The notes under the pieces: model-generated
Database searches by the model: none
Seen by the model: only the letters and a program-made list of their open reading frames with translations
What the model was told of the DNA's origin: nothing
Made by a program: the position numbers and the translations under genes
Part shown: piece after piece, positions 11,277-21,243 of the stretch
Position numbering within the stretch: position 1 is the first letter of the stretch
How the letters are laid out: each line of letters starts with the position of its first letter
Assembly: GCA_938002835.1 (NCBI GenBank)
Contig: CALKZS010000070.1
Location: 1,560-65,559, forward strand
Direction of reading: 5' to 3'
Source: an uncultured Dokdonia sp.
GTDB taxonomy: Bacteria > Bacteroidota > Bacteroidia > Flavobacteriales > Flavobacteriaceae
Length of the DNA stretch: 64,000 nt

Positions 11277-11292
11277 CGCTTTCGCGAAAGCG
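11277..11292. repeat. Palindrome copy 3, between tatC and the CMD gene (extends to 18 bp)
   Basis: Exact 16-mer with A/T flanks. Confidence 0.97.
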
Positions 11293-11362
11293 TTAAAAAG
11301 TTAGTGTATAAATTACTTGATAAGTATCTCTGAATTACATTTTTCTATTTTTGAAAAATCTT

Positions 11363-12202
11363 TTACGCAAGTCCTTGCTTTTTTAGTCGACGTTTTTCTC
11401 TACGAATAACACCTTTTGAGATAAAAATACTCACCTCATATAATATGATGATAGGTACTGCAACAATAACTTGCGTTGTAATATCTGGAGGTGTAATAAT
11501 GGCGGCAAGAATAAGAACGATCACTAAGGCATACTTTCTGTTTGTGCGTAAAAATTCTGGAGTAATTAATCCTATTTTAGTCAGGAAATACATTATTATA
11601 GGGAGTTCAAAAATAAGTCCAGAGGCTAAGACAGATGCTCTTACTAAAGCTATATATGAATCTATATCAAACTCATTTTGAATAATGTCAGAAATTTTAA
11701 AAGTTGCTAGAAAGTTTATAGAGAGTGGTGCTACCACAAAATATCCAAAACCTGCTCCTAAAAAAAATAATATGGAAGCAATTACTATAAAACCTCGACT
11801 TGTTTTTCGTTCATTATCATAAAGTCCTGGAGAGATAAATTTCCAGAATTCATATAATATATAAGGAAATCCTAATACGACACCAGCCATTATAGAACTC
11901 CATATAGCAGCGCTAAACTGTCCAGCTACTTTTCTAGATTGTATGATAAAATCCATCTCACCATCTGTAATACACCCTTTTTCGGCCCCAAAGAACTGTG
12001 AGATTTTGCATAAAATGTCATAAGATATAAAGTCTGGACTTTTTGGACCAAAAATGATAGCAAATAAAGTTCCTTTAAATATAAATGCAATAATACCTAT
12101 TATTACAACAGCTAGTGTTGCTCTTATTAAATGCCATCTTAATTCTTCTAGGTGATCTAGAAAAGACATCTCATCTGGATGCTTCTTTACTTTTTTTGCC
12201 AT
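11363..12202 (-). CDS. tatC: Twin-arginine translocase subunit TatC
   Basis: MSFLDHLEELR, FISPGLY, FELP, AAIITPPD. Confidence 0.97.
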   Translation of the reverse strand: MAKKVKKHPDEMSFLDHLEELRWHLIRATLAVVIIGIIAFIFKGTLFAIIFGPKSPDFISYDILCKISQFFGAEKGCITDGEMDFIIQSRKVAGQFSAAIWSSIMAGVVLGFPYILYEFWKFISPGLYDNERKTSRGFIVIASILFFLGAGFGYFVVAPLSINFLATFKISDIIQNEFDIDSYIALVRASVLASGLIFELPIIMYFLTKIGLITPEFLRTNRKYALVIVLILAAIITPPDITTQVIVAVPIIILYEVSIFISKGVIRREKRRLKKQGLA

Positions 12203-13167
12203 TATGCGATTCCTTCTTTTATGAGATCGTGTATATGTACTACACCTGCATAGTTGCCATTTTCTGTAACTAAGAGTTGGCTTATGTTATTTTCTTCTAA
12301 GACTTCTTTTGCTTCAATAGCCATTGCGTTATGTGTAATTGTTTTTGGGTTTTTACTCATAATAGATTGAGCGGTAAGCCCATCAAAAGATTCATTTTTT
12401 GCTAGCATTCTACGTAAATCGCCGTCGGTGATAATTCCTTGAATGATGTCATTACTTACTACAGCAGTTACGCCCAGTCTTTTATTGGTAATTTCTACAA
12501 TTACCTCTTTTATGCTTGCATCTGGAGTCACCTGGGGGTTTTCGTGAGCAGCACATAAATCATTTACAGTGAGATATAGCCGTTTACCTAATGCTCCTCC
12601 AGGATGGTATCTAGCAAAATCTTTTTCAGAAAAACCTCTAAGATTTAGTAGCGCTACAGCAACGGCATCTCCTATGACGAGTTGCGCAGTTGTACTTGTA
12701 GTTGGGGCAAGATTATTAGGGCAAGCCTCTTCTTTTGCAAAAGCGTGCAACACGTAGTCTGCTTCTTTGCCCAAAAAAGAAGTTCTATTTGAGGTGAGAG
12801 CTATAAGTGTGTTCTTTGTTTTCTTAATGAGTGGTACGAGTACCTTTATTTCTGGAGTGTTTCCGCTTTTTGATATACAAATAACAATGTCGTCTTTTAA
12901 AATACTACCCAAATCCCCGTGTATAGCATCTGCTGCGTGCATAAATAATGCAGGTGTACCAGTACTATTTAATGTAGCGACAATCTTTTGAGCGATAATA
13001 GCACTTTTACCTATACCTGTTATGACAACCCTTCCTTTAGAATTGTATATTGAAGAGACAGCCTGAGCAAATTCTTCATCTATAAGATCAAAAAGTTGGG
13101 CGATTGCATCACGTTCTATAGTGATGGTTTTCTGTGCACTAGCAATGATTTGCTGGATTGTATTCAA
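12202..13167 (-). CDS. kdsD: Arabinose-5-phosphate isomerase (SIS + 2 CBS domains), TTG start
   Basis: TGIGKS, HGDLG, APTTST, HPGGALG, CBS pair. Confidence 0.92.
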   Translation of the reverse strand: MNTIQQIIASAQKTITIERDAIAQLFDLIDEEFAQAVSSIYNSKGRVVITGIGKSAIIAQKIVATLNSTGTPALFMHAADAIHGDLGSILKDDIVICISKSGNTPEIKVLVPLIKKTKNTLIALTSNRTSFLGKEADYVLHAFAKEEACPNNLAPTTSTTAQLVIGDAVAVALLNLRGFSEKDFARYHPGGALGKRLYLTVNDLCAAHENPQVTPDASIKEVIVEITNKRLGVTAVVSNDIIQGIITDGDLRRMLAKNESFDGLTAQSIMSKNPKTITHNAMAIEAKEVLEENNISQLLVTENGNYAGVVHIHDLIKEGIA

Positions 13168-13252
13168 AAGTTAAGTTGTTATGGTTTGTTTAACGTTCGG
13201 AATTTACTATCTTTAGAAAAGTACAAAGGTATGTAAAAATGCATTTGAATAG

Positions 13253-15454
13253 ATGGGAATAAGCGAAATAGACTTACACGCAGAGCTTAAAAAGTATTTT
13301 GGTTTTAGCGAGTTTAGAGGATTACAGGAAGATGTAATAAAAAGTATTGTATGTAGAGAGCATACGTTTGTAATAATGCCAACAGGTGGTGGGAAGTCTT
13401 TATGCTACCAGTTACCTGCTCTTATAGCAGATGGGACAGCCATTGTGGTGTCTCCTCTTATTGCTTTAATGAAAAACCAGGTGGATACTTTAAGAGGTAT
13501 ATCGCAAGATAATGGTATTGCTCACGTACTTAACAGTTCTCTTACAAAAGGAGAGATAAGAACAGTAAAAGAAGACATTACTCGAGGTGTCACAAAACTC
13601 TTATATGTTGCTCCAGAATCTCTTACCAAAGAAGAAAATGTAGAGTTTTTAAGAGGAGTACCTATCTCTTTCTTAGCAATAGATGAGGCACATTGTATTT
13701 CAGAATGGGGTCACGACTTTAGACCAGAGTATCGCAATTTACGAAAAATTATTGGTCGTATAGGAGACGATATTCCTATTATAGCCGTGACAGCTACCGC
13801 AACTCCTAAGGTACAAGAAGATATTTTAAAGAACTTAGGGATAGCAGGAGCTGCAAATACATTTAAAGCGTCCTTTAATAGACCTAATTTGTACTATGAG
13901 GTGCGTCTAAAAACTACACAAGTAGATACAGATATCATTCGTTTTGTAAAACAAAATGAAGGTAAAAGTGGTATTATATATTGTCTTGCCCGTAAACGCG
14001 TAGAAGAACTTGCGCAAACATTACAGGTAAATGGGATAAATGCAGTGCCTTATCACGCAGGTTTAGATGCAAAGACAAGAGCAAAACATCAAGATATGTT
14101 CCTTATGGAAGATGTAGATGTTGTAGTGGCGACCATTGCTTTTGGAATGGGAATAGATAAACCAGATGTTCGTTTTGTGATACATAACGACATCCCAAAA
14201 AGTATTGAAAGTTATTATCAAGAGACAGGTCGTGCGGGTAGAGATGGAGGAGAAGGACATTGTCTTGCATTTTATGCATATAAAGACATCGAAAAGCTCG
14301 AGAAGTTTATGAGTGGTAAACCTGTTGCCGAGCAAGAAATAGGTCACGCATTATTGCAAGAAGTAGTTGCTTATGCAGAGACGAGTATGTCTAGACGTAA
14401 GTTTATATTGCATTATTTTGGAGAGTCATTTGATAATGAGACTGGAGAAGGAGGGATGTTAGATGATAATATGCGTTTTCCAAAGAAAAAACACGAAGCA
14501 AAAGATGAGCTTCTAAAGGTGTTAACCGTCATTAGTAAAACTAATGCTATTTATAAGAGCAAAGAAATCGTTCTTACATTAATAGGAAAAGAAAATGCTA
14601 TTATAAACTCTCATAAAACAGACGACCAAGCTTTTTTTGGAATAGGAAAGGAACAAAAAAAGGAATATTGGTTTGCCTTATTAAGACAATCTATTGTAGC
14701 GGGATATATCACAAAAGATATAGAGATGTATGGAGTTGTAAAAATGACTCAAAAAGGACACGATTTTATAGCAAATCCTGTGTCTTTTATGATGACAGAC
14801 GATCACGTTTTTGATAAAAATACAGATAATAGCATTGTCTCTGGTCAAAAAGCAGGTGCTGGAGCAGATAAAAAGCTAGTAAGCATTCTAAAAAGTTTAA
14901 GAAAAAAAGTAGCAAAAAAATTAGATGTTCCACCATTTGTGGTTTTTCAAGATCCTTCTATAGACGATATGGCTATCAAATATCCGTTAACACTTGCCGA
15001 ACTTGGTAATGTTCACGGGGTAGGTGATGGCAAAGCAAAAAAGTTTGGGAAAGATTTTGTGAAGTTAATTGCCGACTATGTAGAAGAAAATAATATTTTT
15101 CGCCCTGATGATATTGTTGTAAAAAGTACAGGAGCAAATAGTGCTCTTAAACTATATATCATTCAAAATATAGATCGCAAGTTGCCATTAAATGATATAG
15201 CAGATGCAAAAGGAAAAGAGATGCCAGATTTTATTAAAGAAATGGAGGCAATCGTTTTTAGTGGTACAAAACTCAATATTAATTATTGGATTGATGAGAT
15301 TCTTGACGAAGATCAACAAGAAGAATTGCACGAATATTTTATGGAGGCAGAGACAGATAAAGTAGAAGATGCTATGGAAGAGTTTGAAGGAGATTATGAA
15401 GATGAGGAAATTCGTCTTTATCGCATTAAATTTATGAGTGAGGTTGCCAATTAA
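13253..15454 (+). CDS. recQ: RecQ DNA helicase
   Basis: [31 protein letters not shown] and HRDC regions. Confidence 0.96.
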   Translation: MGISEIDLHAELKKYFGFSEFRGLQEDVIKSIVCREHTFVIMPTGGGKSLCYQLPALIADGTAIVVSPLIALMKNQVDTLRGISQDNGIAHVLNSSLTKGEIRTVKEDITRGVTKLLYVAPESLTKEENVEFLRGVPISFLAIDEAHCISEWGHDFRPEYRNLRKIIGRIGDDIPIIAVTATATPKVQEDILKNLGIAGAANTFKASFNRPNLYYEVRLKTTQVDTDIIRFVKQNEGKSGIIYCLARKRVEELAQTLQVNGINAVPYHAGLDAKTRAKHQDMFLMEDVDVVVATIAFGMGIDKPDVRFVIHNDIPKSIESYYQETGRAGRDGGEGHCLAFYAYKDIEKLEKFMSGKPVAEQEIGHALLQEVVAYAETSMSRRKFILHYFGESFDNETGEGGMLDDNMRFPKKKHEAKDELLKVLTVISKTNAIYKSKEIVLTLIGKENAIINSHKTDDQAFFGIGKEQKKEYWFALLRQSIVAGYITKDIEMYGVVKMTQKGHDFIANPVSFMMTDDHVFDKNTDNSIVSGQKAGAGADKKLVSILKSLRKKVAKKLDVPPFVVFQDPSIDDMAIKYPLTLAELGNVHGVGDGKAKKFGKDFVKLIADYVEENNIFRPDDIVVKSTGANSALKLYIIQNIDRKLPLNDIADAKGKEMPDFIKEMEAIVFSGTKLNINYWIDEILDEDQQEELHEYFMEAETDKVEDAMEEFEGDYEDEEIRLYRIKFMSEVAN

Positions 15455-15469
15455 AACTTATAGGATATG

Positions 15470-15485
15470 CGCTTTCGCGAAAGCG
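15470..15485. repeat. Palindrome copy 4, between the recQ stop and a TACATTTG promoter element
   Basis: Exact 16-mer. Confidence 0.97.
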
Positions 15486-15492
15486 TAATAAC

Positions 15493-15500
15493 TACATTTG
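15493..15500 (+). promoter_or_regulatory. Sigma-A -7 element TACATTTG for the PspC-like/K+ channel genes
   Basis: TAnnTTTG 25 nt before ATG 15525. Confidence 0.55.
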
Positions 15501-15524
15501 CACTTAAGCTACATTGTACATAAA

Positions 15525-15758
15525 ATGTTAATAAAACTAATATATAAAATAAGGTACTTTTTTGAAAAGCACGGATTTTATGTATCCTCTCGTCTTGCAG
15601 ATAGATTAGGAATGAGAGCAAAAAATGTTCGATTGTTTTTTATTTATGCCTCATTTGCAACCCTGGGAATAGGTTTTGTGCTTTATCTTATAGTGGCTTT
15701 TTGGCTCAAATTAAAAGACCTTGTATACACAAAGCGGACTTCTGTTTTTGATCTTTAA
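15525..15758 (+). CDS. PspC-like small membrane protein (start revised from 15498)
   Basis: RLADRLGMRAKNVRLFFIYASF pattern of Bacteroidota PspC-domain proteins. Confidence 0.75.
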   Translation: MLIKLIYKIRYFFEKHGFYVSSRLADRLGMRAKNVRLFFIYASFATLGIGFVLYLIVAFWLKLKDLVYTKRTSVFDL

Positions 15759-15761
15759 AAA

Positions 15762-16775
15762 ATGTTTTCTCTCTTTAAAAACAAAATATACCTAGCATTT
15801 ACTTTACTTTTTACAACGCTTTTAATAGGGGTTTTTGGTTATAGAATAATTGCAGATTATAGTTGGATAGATGCTGTTTATATGACTGTAATTACCATAA
15901 CTACTGTTGGGTTTGGAGAGGTGATGCCACTTACTTCTGAAGCAAAAATATTTACAGTACTACTCATATTATGTAGTATGTTTATTGTGGGTTTTGTAAT
16001 TTCTGTATTCTCAGAATATATAATAAGTAAGAGTTCTTATGGTGATTTAAAACATAAAAAAATGCAAAAAAAGATCGATTCATTTAACAATCACATTATT
16101 GTATGTGGTTATGGACGTAATGGTCAGCAAGCTGTGCAAAAGTTAATGGCATACAATAAGCAATTTGTTATTATTGAGTTAGATAGAGATCTAATTGCAC
16201 GTTATGAAGATCATAAGGATATCTTCTTTGTACAAGGTAATGCTAATGAGGATGAAGTGTTAACTCTAGCAGGAATTGCTAAAGCTTCTACATTAATATG
16301 CGCTCTTCCAGATGATGCAGATAATCTTTTTACAGTACTCAGTGCTAGACAACTCAATGCTAAATTAAAAATCATAAGCAGAGCAACAGCAGAGACATCA
16401 CAAAAAAAACTGATACTAGCTGGAGCAGATAGTGTAGTAATGCCAGATAAGATTGGAGGTGATCATATGGCATCTCTAGTAGTTGTCCCAGATTTAATCA
16501 CTTTTATAGATAATTTATCTGTAAGCGGAGAAGGTGATAATATTAATGTACAAGAAATTTCTTTTGATAAATTATGTCCAGATGGTAAAGAGCTTACCAT
16601 AAAGCAAATAGATTTAAGAAATAAAACAGGTTGTTCTATAATAGGTTATATTTCATCTTCTGGAAAATATACTGTAAATCCATCTGCAAATCAAATGGTA
16701 AAAAAAAGATCTAAACTTATCGTTTTAGGAAGACCTGAACAAATTAAAAATTTGCACAGTACATTATTAAAGTGA
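15762..16775 (+). CDS. Potassium channel protein (2 TM pore + RCK/TrkA domains)
   Basis: TITTVGFGE selectivity filter, CGYGRNG Rossmann motif. Confidence 0.93.
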   Translation: MFSLFKNKIYLAFTLLFTTLLIGVFGYRIIADYSWIDAVYMTVITITTVGFGEVMPLTSEAKIFTVLLILCSMFIVGFVISVFSEYIISKSSYGDLKHKKMQKKIDSFNNHIIVCGYGRNGQQAVQKLMAYNKQFVIIELDRDLIARYEDHKDIFFVQGNANEDEVLTLAGIAKASTLICALPDDADNLFTVLSARQLNAKLKIISRATAETSQKKLILAGADSVVMPDKIGGDHMASLVVVPDLITFIDNLSVSGEGDNINVQEISFDKLCPDGKELTIKQIDLRNKTGCSIIGYISSSGKYTVNPSANQMVKKRSKLIVLGRPEQIKNLHSTLLK

Positions 16776-16873
16776 GAATCCTGTAAGATTTTAAGAAACT
16801 TTCCTTTGATGAAGGGTCTTTTTTTAAGATATTGCTTGTTCTAAAAACATATAACTAAAAAAGAACATAAACG

Positions 16874-18664
16874 ATGAAGAAATATCTTCTGTTACTATTG
16901 TCAGTCTTTTCATTATCAGTACTATATTCTCAAGATCTAAAAGTAGATTATAATATATCTGATACATCAGATGAAATTAATACCGCAACAATAACCATAA
17001 ACGCCAAAGGAGGAAATGCTCCATATCAATATTTTTGGTCAGATACAGGGGTTAGTACCAGTACAAGTACTCTTACTAATGCAACAGAAGGAAAAGAATA
17101 TACTGTAAAAGTTGTAGATGCTTCTAATGCCGAAAGTACTGTTGTGATAGATGTTCCCGCAGCGTCTGTACCAGAAAAGTTAAGTTCGGCTTTTGCTCCA
17201 GTAGTAGGTTTTATGGATACTTATTTCTTTTTTGATCCTTTTCACGCTATAGGTCTTTATGATAATAGAGTAAAAGATGAGAATGGAAATGTTTTATTAA
17301 ACCCAAATGGTACAGAAAGAACTATAAAAGTTCCTTTTATGGTTATCTGGCTTATTTTAGGAGCTGTGTTCTTTACTATTAGATTTAGATTTATAAATTT
17401 TAGAGGTATAAAGCACTCTTTAGATCTTGTAAGAGGTAAATACGATGATCCTACAGCTGTAGGAGAAGTAACTCACTTTCAAGCATTAGCAACGGCTGTA
17501 TCAGGTACTGTAGGCCTAGGAAATATTGCAGGTGTTGCTGTTGCGGTATCTACAGGAGGACCCGGTGCAACATTCTGGTTAATACTTGCTGGGCTTTTAG
17601 GAATGTCTTCAAAATTTGTAGAATGTACTCTAGGGGTAAAGTATCGTACGGTAGAAGAGGATGGATCTATTTCTGGAGGCCCAATGCAATATCTTAAAAA
17701 AGGTTTTGAAGAAAGAGGTTTTAAGGGTATAGGAAAAGGTTTGTCAATTGTATACGCATTTATCATTATGCTAGCAGCATTTGCAGCAGGATCAATGTTT
17801 CAAGCAAATCAAGCTACGGCGCAATTATCTAGTGCACTAGGAGTAGGTGGTGTTGCAAAAACATTTATAGGTATAGGAATTGCAGTTTTAGTAGGGGTTG
17901 TAATTGTAGGTGGTCTTAAAGGGATCGCAAAAATCACAGATAAAGTAGTGCCTTCTATGGCAGGATTATACATATTAATGTGTGTAATTGTTATTGGGGC
18001 AAATATTGGAGATGTGGGTACGGCATTCTCACTTATAATAGACGGAGCATTTCAACCACAGGCATTATATGGAGGCTTTTTAGGTGTGATGGTTTTAGGA
18101 TTTCAAAGAGCTGCGTTTTCTAATGAAGCTGGACTAGGATCTGCATCAATAGCGCACTCTGCTGCAAAAACTAAACATCCTGTTTCAGAAGGTTTTGTAG
18201 CATTATTAGAGCCGTTTATCGATACAGTTGTCGTATGTACACTTACGGCACTAGTACTTATTTTTACAGGAACATATACAGGAGAAACAGAGACAGGATC
18301 TGCTTTAACGGCAGTTGCTTTTGGTAAAGTGATTCCTTATGCAGATATATTTTTAACTATTGCGATATTCTTATTTGCATTCTCTACCATATTAACGTGG
18401 TCTTATTATGGTGTTCAGGCAGCGCAAAGTTTATTTGGAGAAACTAAGCTTGTAACAAATATCTTTAAGATTGTATTCTTATTAACAGTAGTGTTAGGAG
18501 CTTCCATTGGTTTAGGAGCTGTAATTGATTTTGCAGATATGATGTTCTTAACCTTAGCTATACCTAACCTAATAGGGTTGTATATGATGAGTGGTAGTGT
18601 GTCAAAAGATCTTAAAGAATATATGGCTAAAGTAAAATCAGGAGAGATAGCAAAAACAAAGTAA
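16874..18664 (+). CDS. Alanine/glycine:cation symporter with signal peptide and an N-terminal SprB-like repeat
   Basis: GLGNIAGVA, GGPGATFW, SNEAGLGSA, EPFIDT, AWSYYG-like; N-terminal GGNAPYQYFW...YTVKVVD. Confidence 0.9.
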   Translation: MKKYLLLLLSVFSLSVLYSQDLKVDYNISDTSDEINTATITINAKGGNAPYQYFWSDTGVSTSTSTLTNATEGKEYTVKVVDASNAESTVVIDVPAASVPEKLSSAFAPVVGFMDTYFFFDPFHAIGLYDNRVKDENGNVLLNPNGTERTIKVPFMVIWLILGAVFFTIRFRFINFRGIKHSLDLVRGKYDDPTAVGEVTHFQALATAVSGTVGLGNIAGVAVAVSTGGPGATFWLILAGLLGMSSKFVECTLGVKYRTVEEDGSISGGPMQYLKKGFEERGFKGIGKGLSIVYAFIIMLAAFAAGSMFQANQATAQLSSALGVGGVAKTFIGIGIAVLVGVVIVGGLKGIAKITDKVVPSMAGLYILMCVIVIGANIGDVGTAFSLIIDGAFQPQALYGGFLGVMVLGFQRAAFSNEAGLGSASIAHSAAKTKHPVSEGFVALLEPFIDTVVVCTLTALVLIFTGTYTGETETGSALTAVAFGKVIPYADIFLTIAIFLFAFSTILTWSYYGVQAAQSLFGETKLVTNIFKIVFLLTVVLGASIGLGAVIDFADMMFLTLAIPNLIGLYMMSGSVSKDLKEYMAKVKSGEIAKTK

Positions 18665-18680
18665 TAATATATCACATAAG

Positions 18681-19550
18681 ATGAGTAGTTTAAAATCCCA
18701 CGTTATTTACGATGCACGTAAAAGACGTGGGATTTTGTTTTTTGCATTGATTATTATTTTAGTGACCATCATCATCATATGGTATCATCCCAATAAGACT
18801 GTTGATATCTCTGAAATCGAACAGCTAAAAGTTGAAAACCTTCAAAGAGAAATTGATTCCCTTAAAAGTATAGCTATAGAGAACAGCAAACCTAAGATAT
18901 ATCCATTTAACCCTAATTTTATAACAGACTATCGTGGTTATACATTAGGTATGACTCCAGAAGAGATAGATAGATTGTTGCGCTTTCGCGAAAGCGGGAA
19001 ATGGATAAATTCTACACGAGATTTTAAAAATGTAACTCAAGTGTCCGATTCTTTGCTGGCTATTATTTCTCCTTATTTTAAATTTCCTCAATGGGTTACA
19101 AACACGAAGCCAACAACAAATACTACTACTAAGTGGAAAACGAAGGAACAAAAACAAGAGCTAAATAAACTGACCTATGAGTCTTTGTTGGAAATAGATG
19201 GAGTGAATGAACAGGATGCAACAAAGATAATAACACATCTCAATAAAGTTGGAGGTTATCAAGTAGACCAACAGCTATACGATGTATATGGGGTATCTTC
19301 TAAAGTAAAGCGATTAGTGCTTAATGATTATACAGTCAAAGAAAAACCAAAAATTGAATTAATTAATGTAAATACCGCAACTGCTTCAGATCTTTCTACT
19401 ATTCCTTTGCTTAACTTTGAACTAGCAAAAGAGATTGTAGATTATCGCATATTGAGAGAAGGAATAAAATCTCTTGAAGAGCTTCAAAAATTAGATGGGA
19501 TGACCGATTATAAATTTGAAAGAATAAAGCTATATTTACATATAAATTAA
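18681..19550 (+). CDS. ComEA-like helix-hairpin-helix DNA-binding protein
   Basis: One TM, FNPN motif, INVNTATASDLSTIP HhH repeat. Confidence 0.82.
   Translation: MSSLKSHVIYDARKRRGILFFALIIILVTIIIIWYHPNKTVDISEIEQLKVENLQREIDSLKSIAIENSKPKIYPFNPNFITDYRGYTLGMTPEEIDRLLRFRESGKWINSTRDFKNVTQVSDSLLAIISPYFKFPQWVTNTKPTTNTTTKWKTKEQKQELNKLTYESLLEIDGVNEQDATKIITHLNKVGGYQVDQQLYDVYGVSSKVKRLVLNDYTVKEKPKIELINVNTATASDLSTIPLLNFELAKEIVDYRILREGIKSLEELQKLDGMTDYKFERIKLYLHIN
18981..18996. repeat. Palindrome copy 5, inside the ComEA-like gene (RFRES frame)
   Basis: Exact 16-mer. Confidence 0.97.
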
Positions 19551-19606
19551 AAATAAACATTATTTTTTGTGAATTCGCCAAAAAATATCTTTTTAAAAAA
19601 GTATAA

Positions 19607-20773
19607 ATGACAGATATGTATTTTACAGAAGAGCATAAGCTTTTTCGTGAGAGTTTAAAAGATTTTCTTAAAAAAGAAGTAGTACCCAATGTAGATGCTT
19701 GGGAGGCCTCTGGTACAATAGATAGATCTATCTGGAAAAAATTTGGTGATATGGGATTTTTTGGAATTCCTTATCCTGAAGAATATGGAGGATTAAATGT
19801 AGATTTTTTCTACACGGTAATATTACTAGAAGAATTACAAAAAATTAATAGTGGTGGTTTTGCTGCAGCTATATGGGCACACGTATATTTAGCAATGACT
19901 CATCTTCAGGCAGAAGGAGATGCTCGTATAAAAGAAAAATACTTAGCACCAAGTATTGCAGGAGATATGATAGGCTGTTTGTGTATAACAGAGCCTTTTG
20001 GGGGTAGTGATGTAGCAGGAATGCGCACAACAGCTGTAAAAGACGGAGATCATTATATTATGAATGGTTCAAAAACATTTATTACAAATGGTGTATATTC
20101 AGATTATTTGGTGGTAGCTGCAAAAACATCTCCAGAATTGGGAGGTAAAGGAATGAGTATTTTTGTGATAGATCGTGAGGCTCCGGGAATCAGTGCTACT
20201 AAGTTAGATAAACTAGGTTGGAGAGCATCAGATACTGGAGAAATTGCATTTGATAATGTAAAGATTCCTTTAGAGAACCTAATGGGAGAAGAAAATGCTG
20301 GTTTTGGATATATAATGCAGCATTTTGCAACAGAAAGACTTATTATGGGTATTAATGCTCACGCAAGAGCAGAGTATGCCATTTCTTATGCATTAGGCTA
20401 TATGAAAGAGCGTACTGCTTTTGGGCAAAGTATAGATCGTTTTCAGGCATTACGTCATAAAATGGCAGAGAGAAGTGCAGAAGTAGAGATGTCTAAAGCA
20501 TTTAATTATAGTGTGGCATACAGGCTAGGTAAAGGTGATTATGTAGTAAAAGAAGCCACTATGTCTAAGCTTACAGCTACAAAAATAGCAGATAAGGTTA
20601 TTTATGATTGTCTCCAGATGTTAGGAGGCTATGGTTATATGGAAGAATATCCTATGGCCCGTATGTTAAGAGATAGTAGACTTGGTCCTATAGGTGGTGG
20701 TACCTCAGAAATATTAAGAGAGATTATCGCAAAAATGGTTATTGACAAAAAAACATATCAACCTAAGACATAA
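19607..20773 (+). CDS. Acyl-CoA dehydrogenase
   Basis: CITEPFGGSD, NGSKTFITN, QMLGGYGY, IGGGTSEI. Confidence 0.95.
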   Translation: MTDMYFTEEHKLFRESLKDFLKKEVVPNVDAWEASGTIDRSIWKKFGDMGFFGIPYPEEYGGLNVDFFYTVILLEELQKINSGGFAAAIWAHVYLAMTHLQAEGDARIKEKYLAPSIAGDMIGCLCITEPFGGSDVAGMRTTAVKDGDHYIMNGSKTFITNGVYSDYLVVAAKTSPELGGKGMSIFVIDREAPGISATKLDKLGWRASDTGEIAFDNVKIPLENLMGEENAGFGYIMQHFATERLIMGINAHARAEYAISYALGYMKERTAFGQSIDRFQALRHKMAERSAEVEMSKAFNYSVAYRLGKGDYVVKEATMSKLTATKIADKVIYDCLQMLGGYGYMEEYPMARMLRDSRLGPIGGGTSEILREIIAKMVIDKKTYQPKT

Positions 20774-20800
20774 TAAAATTTAAAAAAATAATCTTCTTGG

Positions 20801-20830
20801 TTGCAGGGTTGTTTTTTAAATGTATATTTG
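20801..20830 (+). promoter_or_regulatory. rpsU promoter: TTG-N19-TATATTTG
   Basis: -33/-7 Bacteroidota consensus with typical spacing. Confidence 0.65.
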
Positions 20831-20859
20831 CAGCCTGAAAACTAAATAAGAATTTAAAG

Positions 20860-20868
20860 AAAGGAGGT
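20860..20868 (+). promoter_or_regulatory. Strong Shine-Dalgarno AAAGGAGGT upstream of rpsU
   Basis: 6 nt before ATG 20875. Confidence 0.85.
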
Positions 20869-20874
20869 CCCATT

Positions 20875-21069
20875 ATGTTAATCATACCAGTAAAAGACGG
20901 AGAAAATATAGATAGAGCGCTTAAACGTTTCAAAAGAAAATTTGATCGTACTAAGACAATGCGTAACCTAAGAGAGCGTAAGCAGTTTACTAAGCCTTCT
21001 GTTTCAAGAAGACGACAAATACAAAAAGCTTCTTATATTCAAGGTCTAAGAGACGCAGAAAATATTTAA
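20875..21069 (+). CDS. rpsU: 30S ribosomal protein S21
   Basis: IDRALKRFKRKF...FTKPSV. Confidence 0.97.
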   Translation: MLIIPVKDGENIDRALKRFKRKFDRTKTMRNLRERKQFTKPSVSRRRQIQKASYIQGLRDAENI

Positions 21070-21152
21070 TATTTTCAACTAATTTGTCATTTACCTTGAT
21101 GCAAGGTAAATATTGGATTAACAAAGAGACTCACACTCTCTAATATAACATT

Positions 21153-21185
21153 AACCGTTGTATCTTCGTGATATGACGGTTTTTT
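21153..21185 (+). terminator. Intrinsic terminator after rpsU
   Basis: AACCGT..TATC/GATA..ACGGTT stem followed by a T run; extra hairpin at 21089-21111. Confidence 0.7.
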
Positions 21186-21243
21186 ATGTTGTCAATCCAT
21201 TAAAATTAAATATTCTATTAATCTTTAATTGTATAGGTATTAA

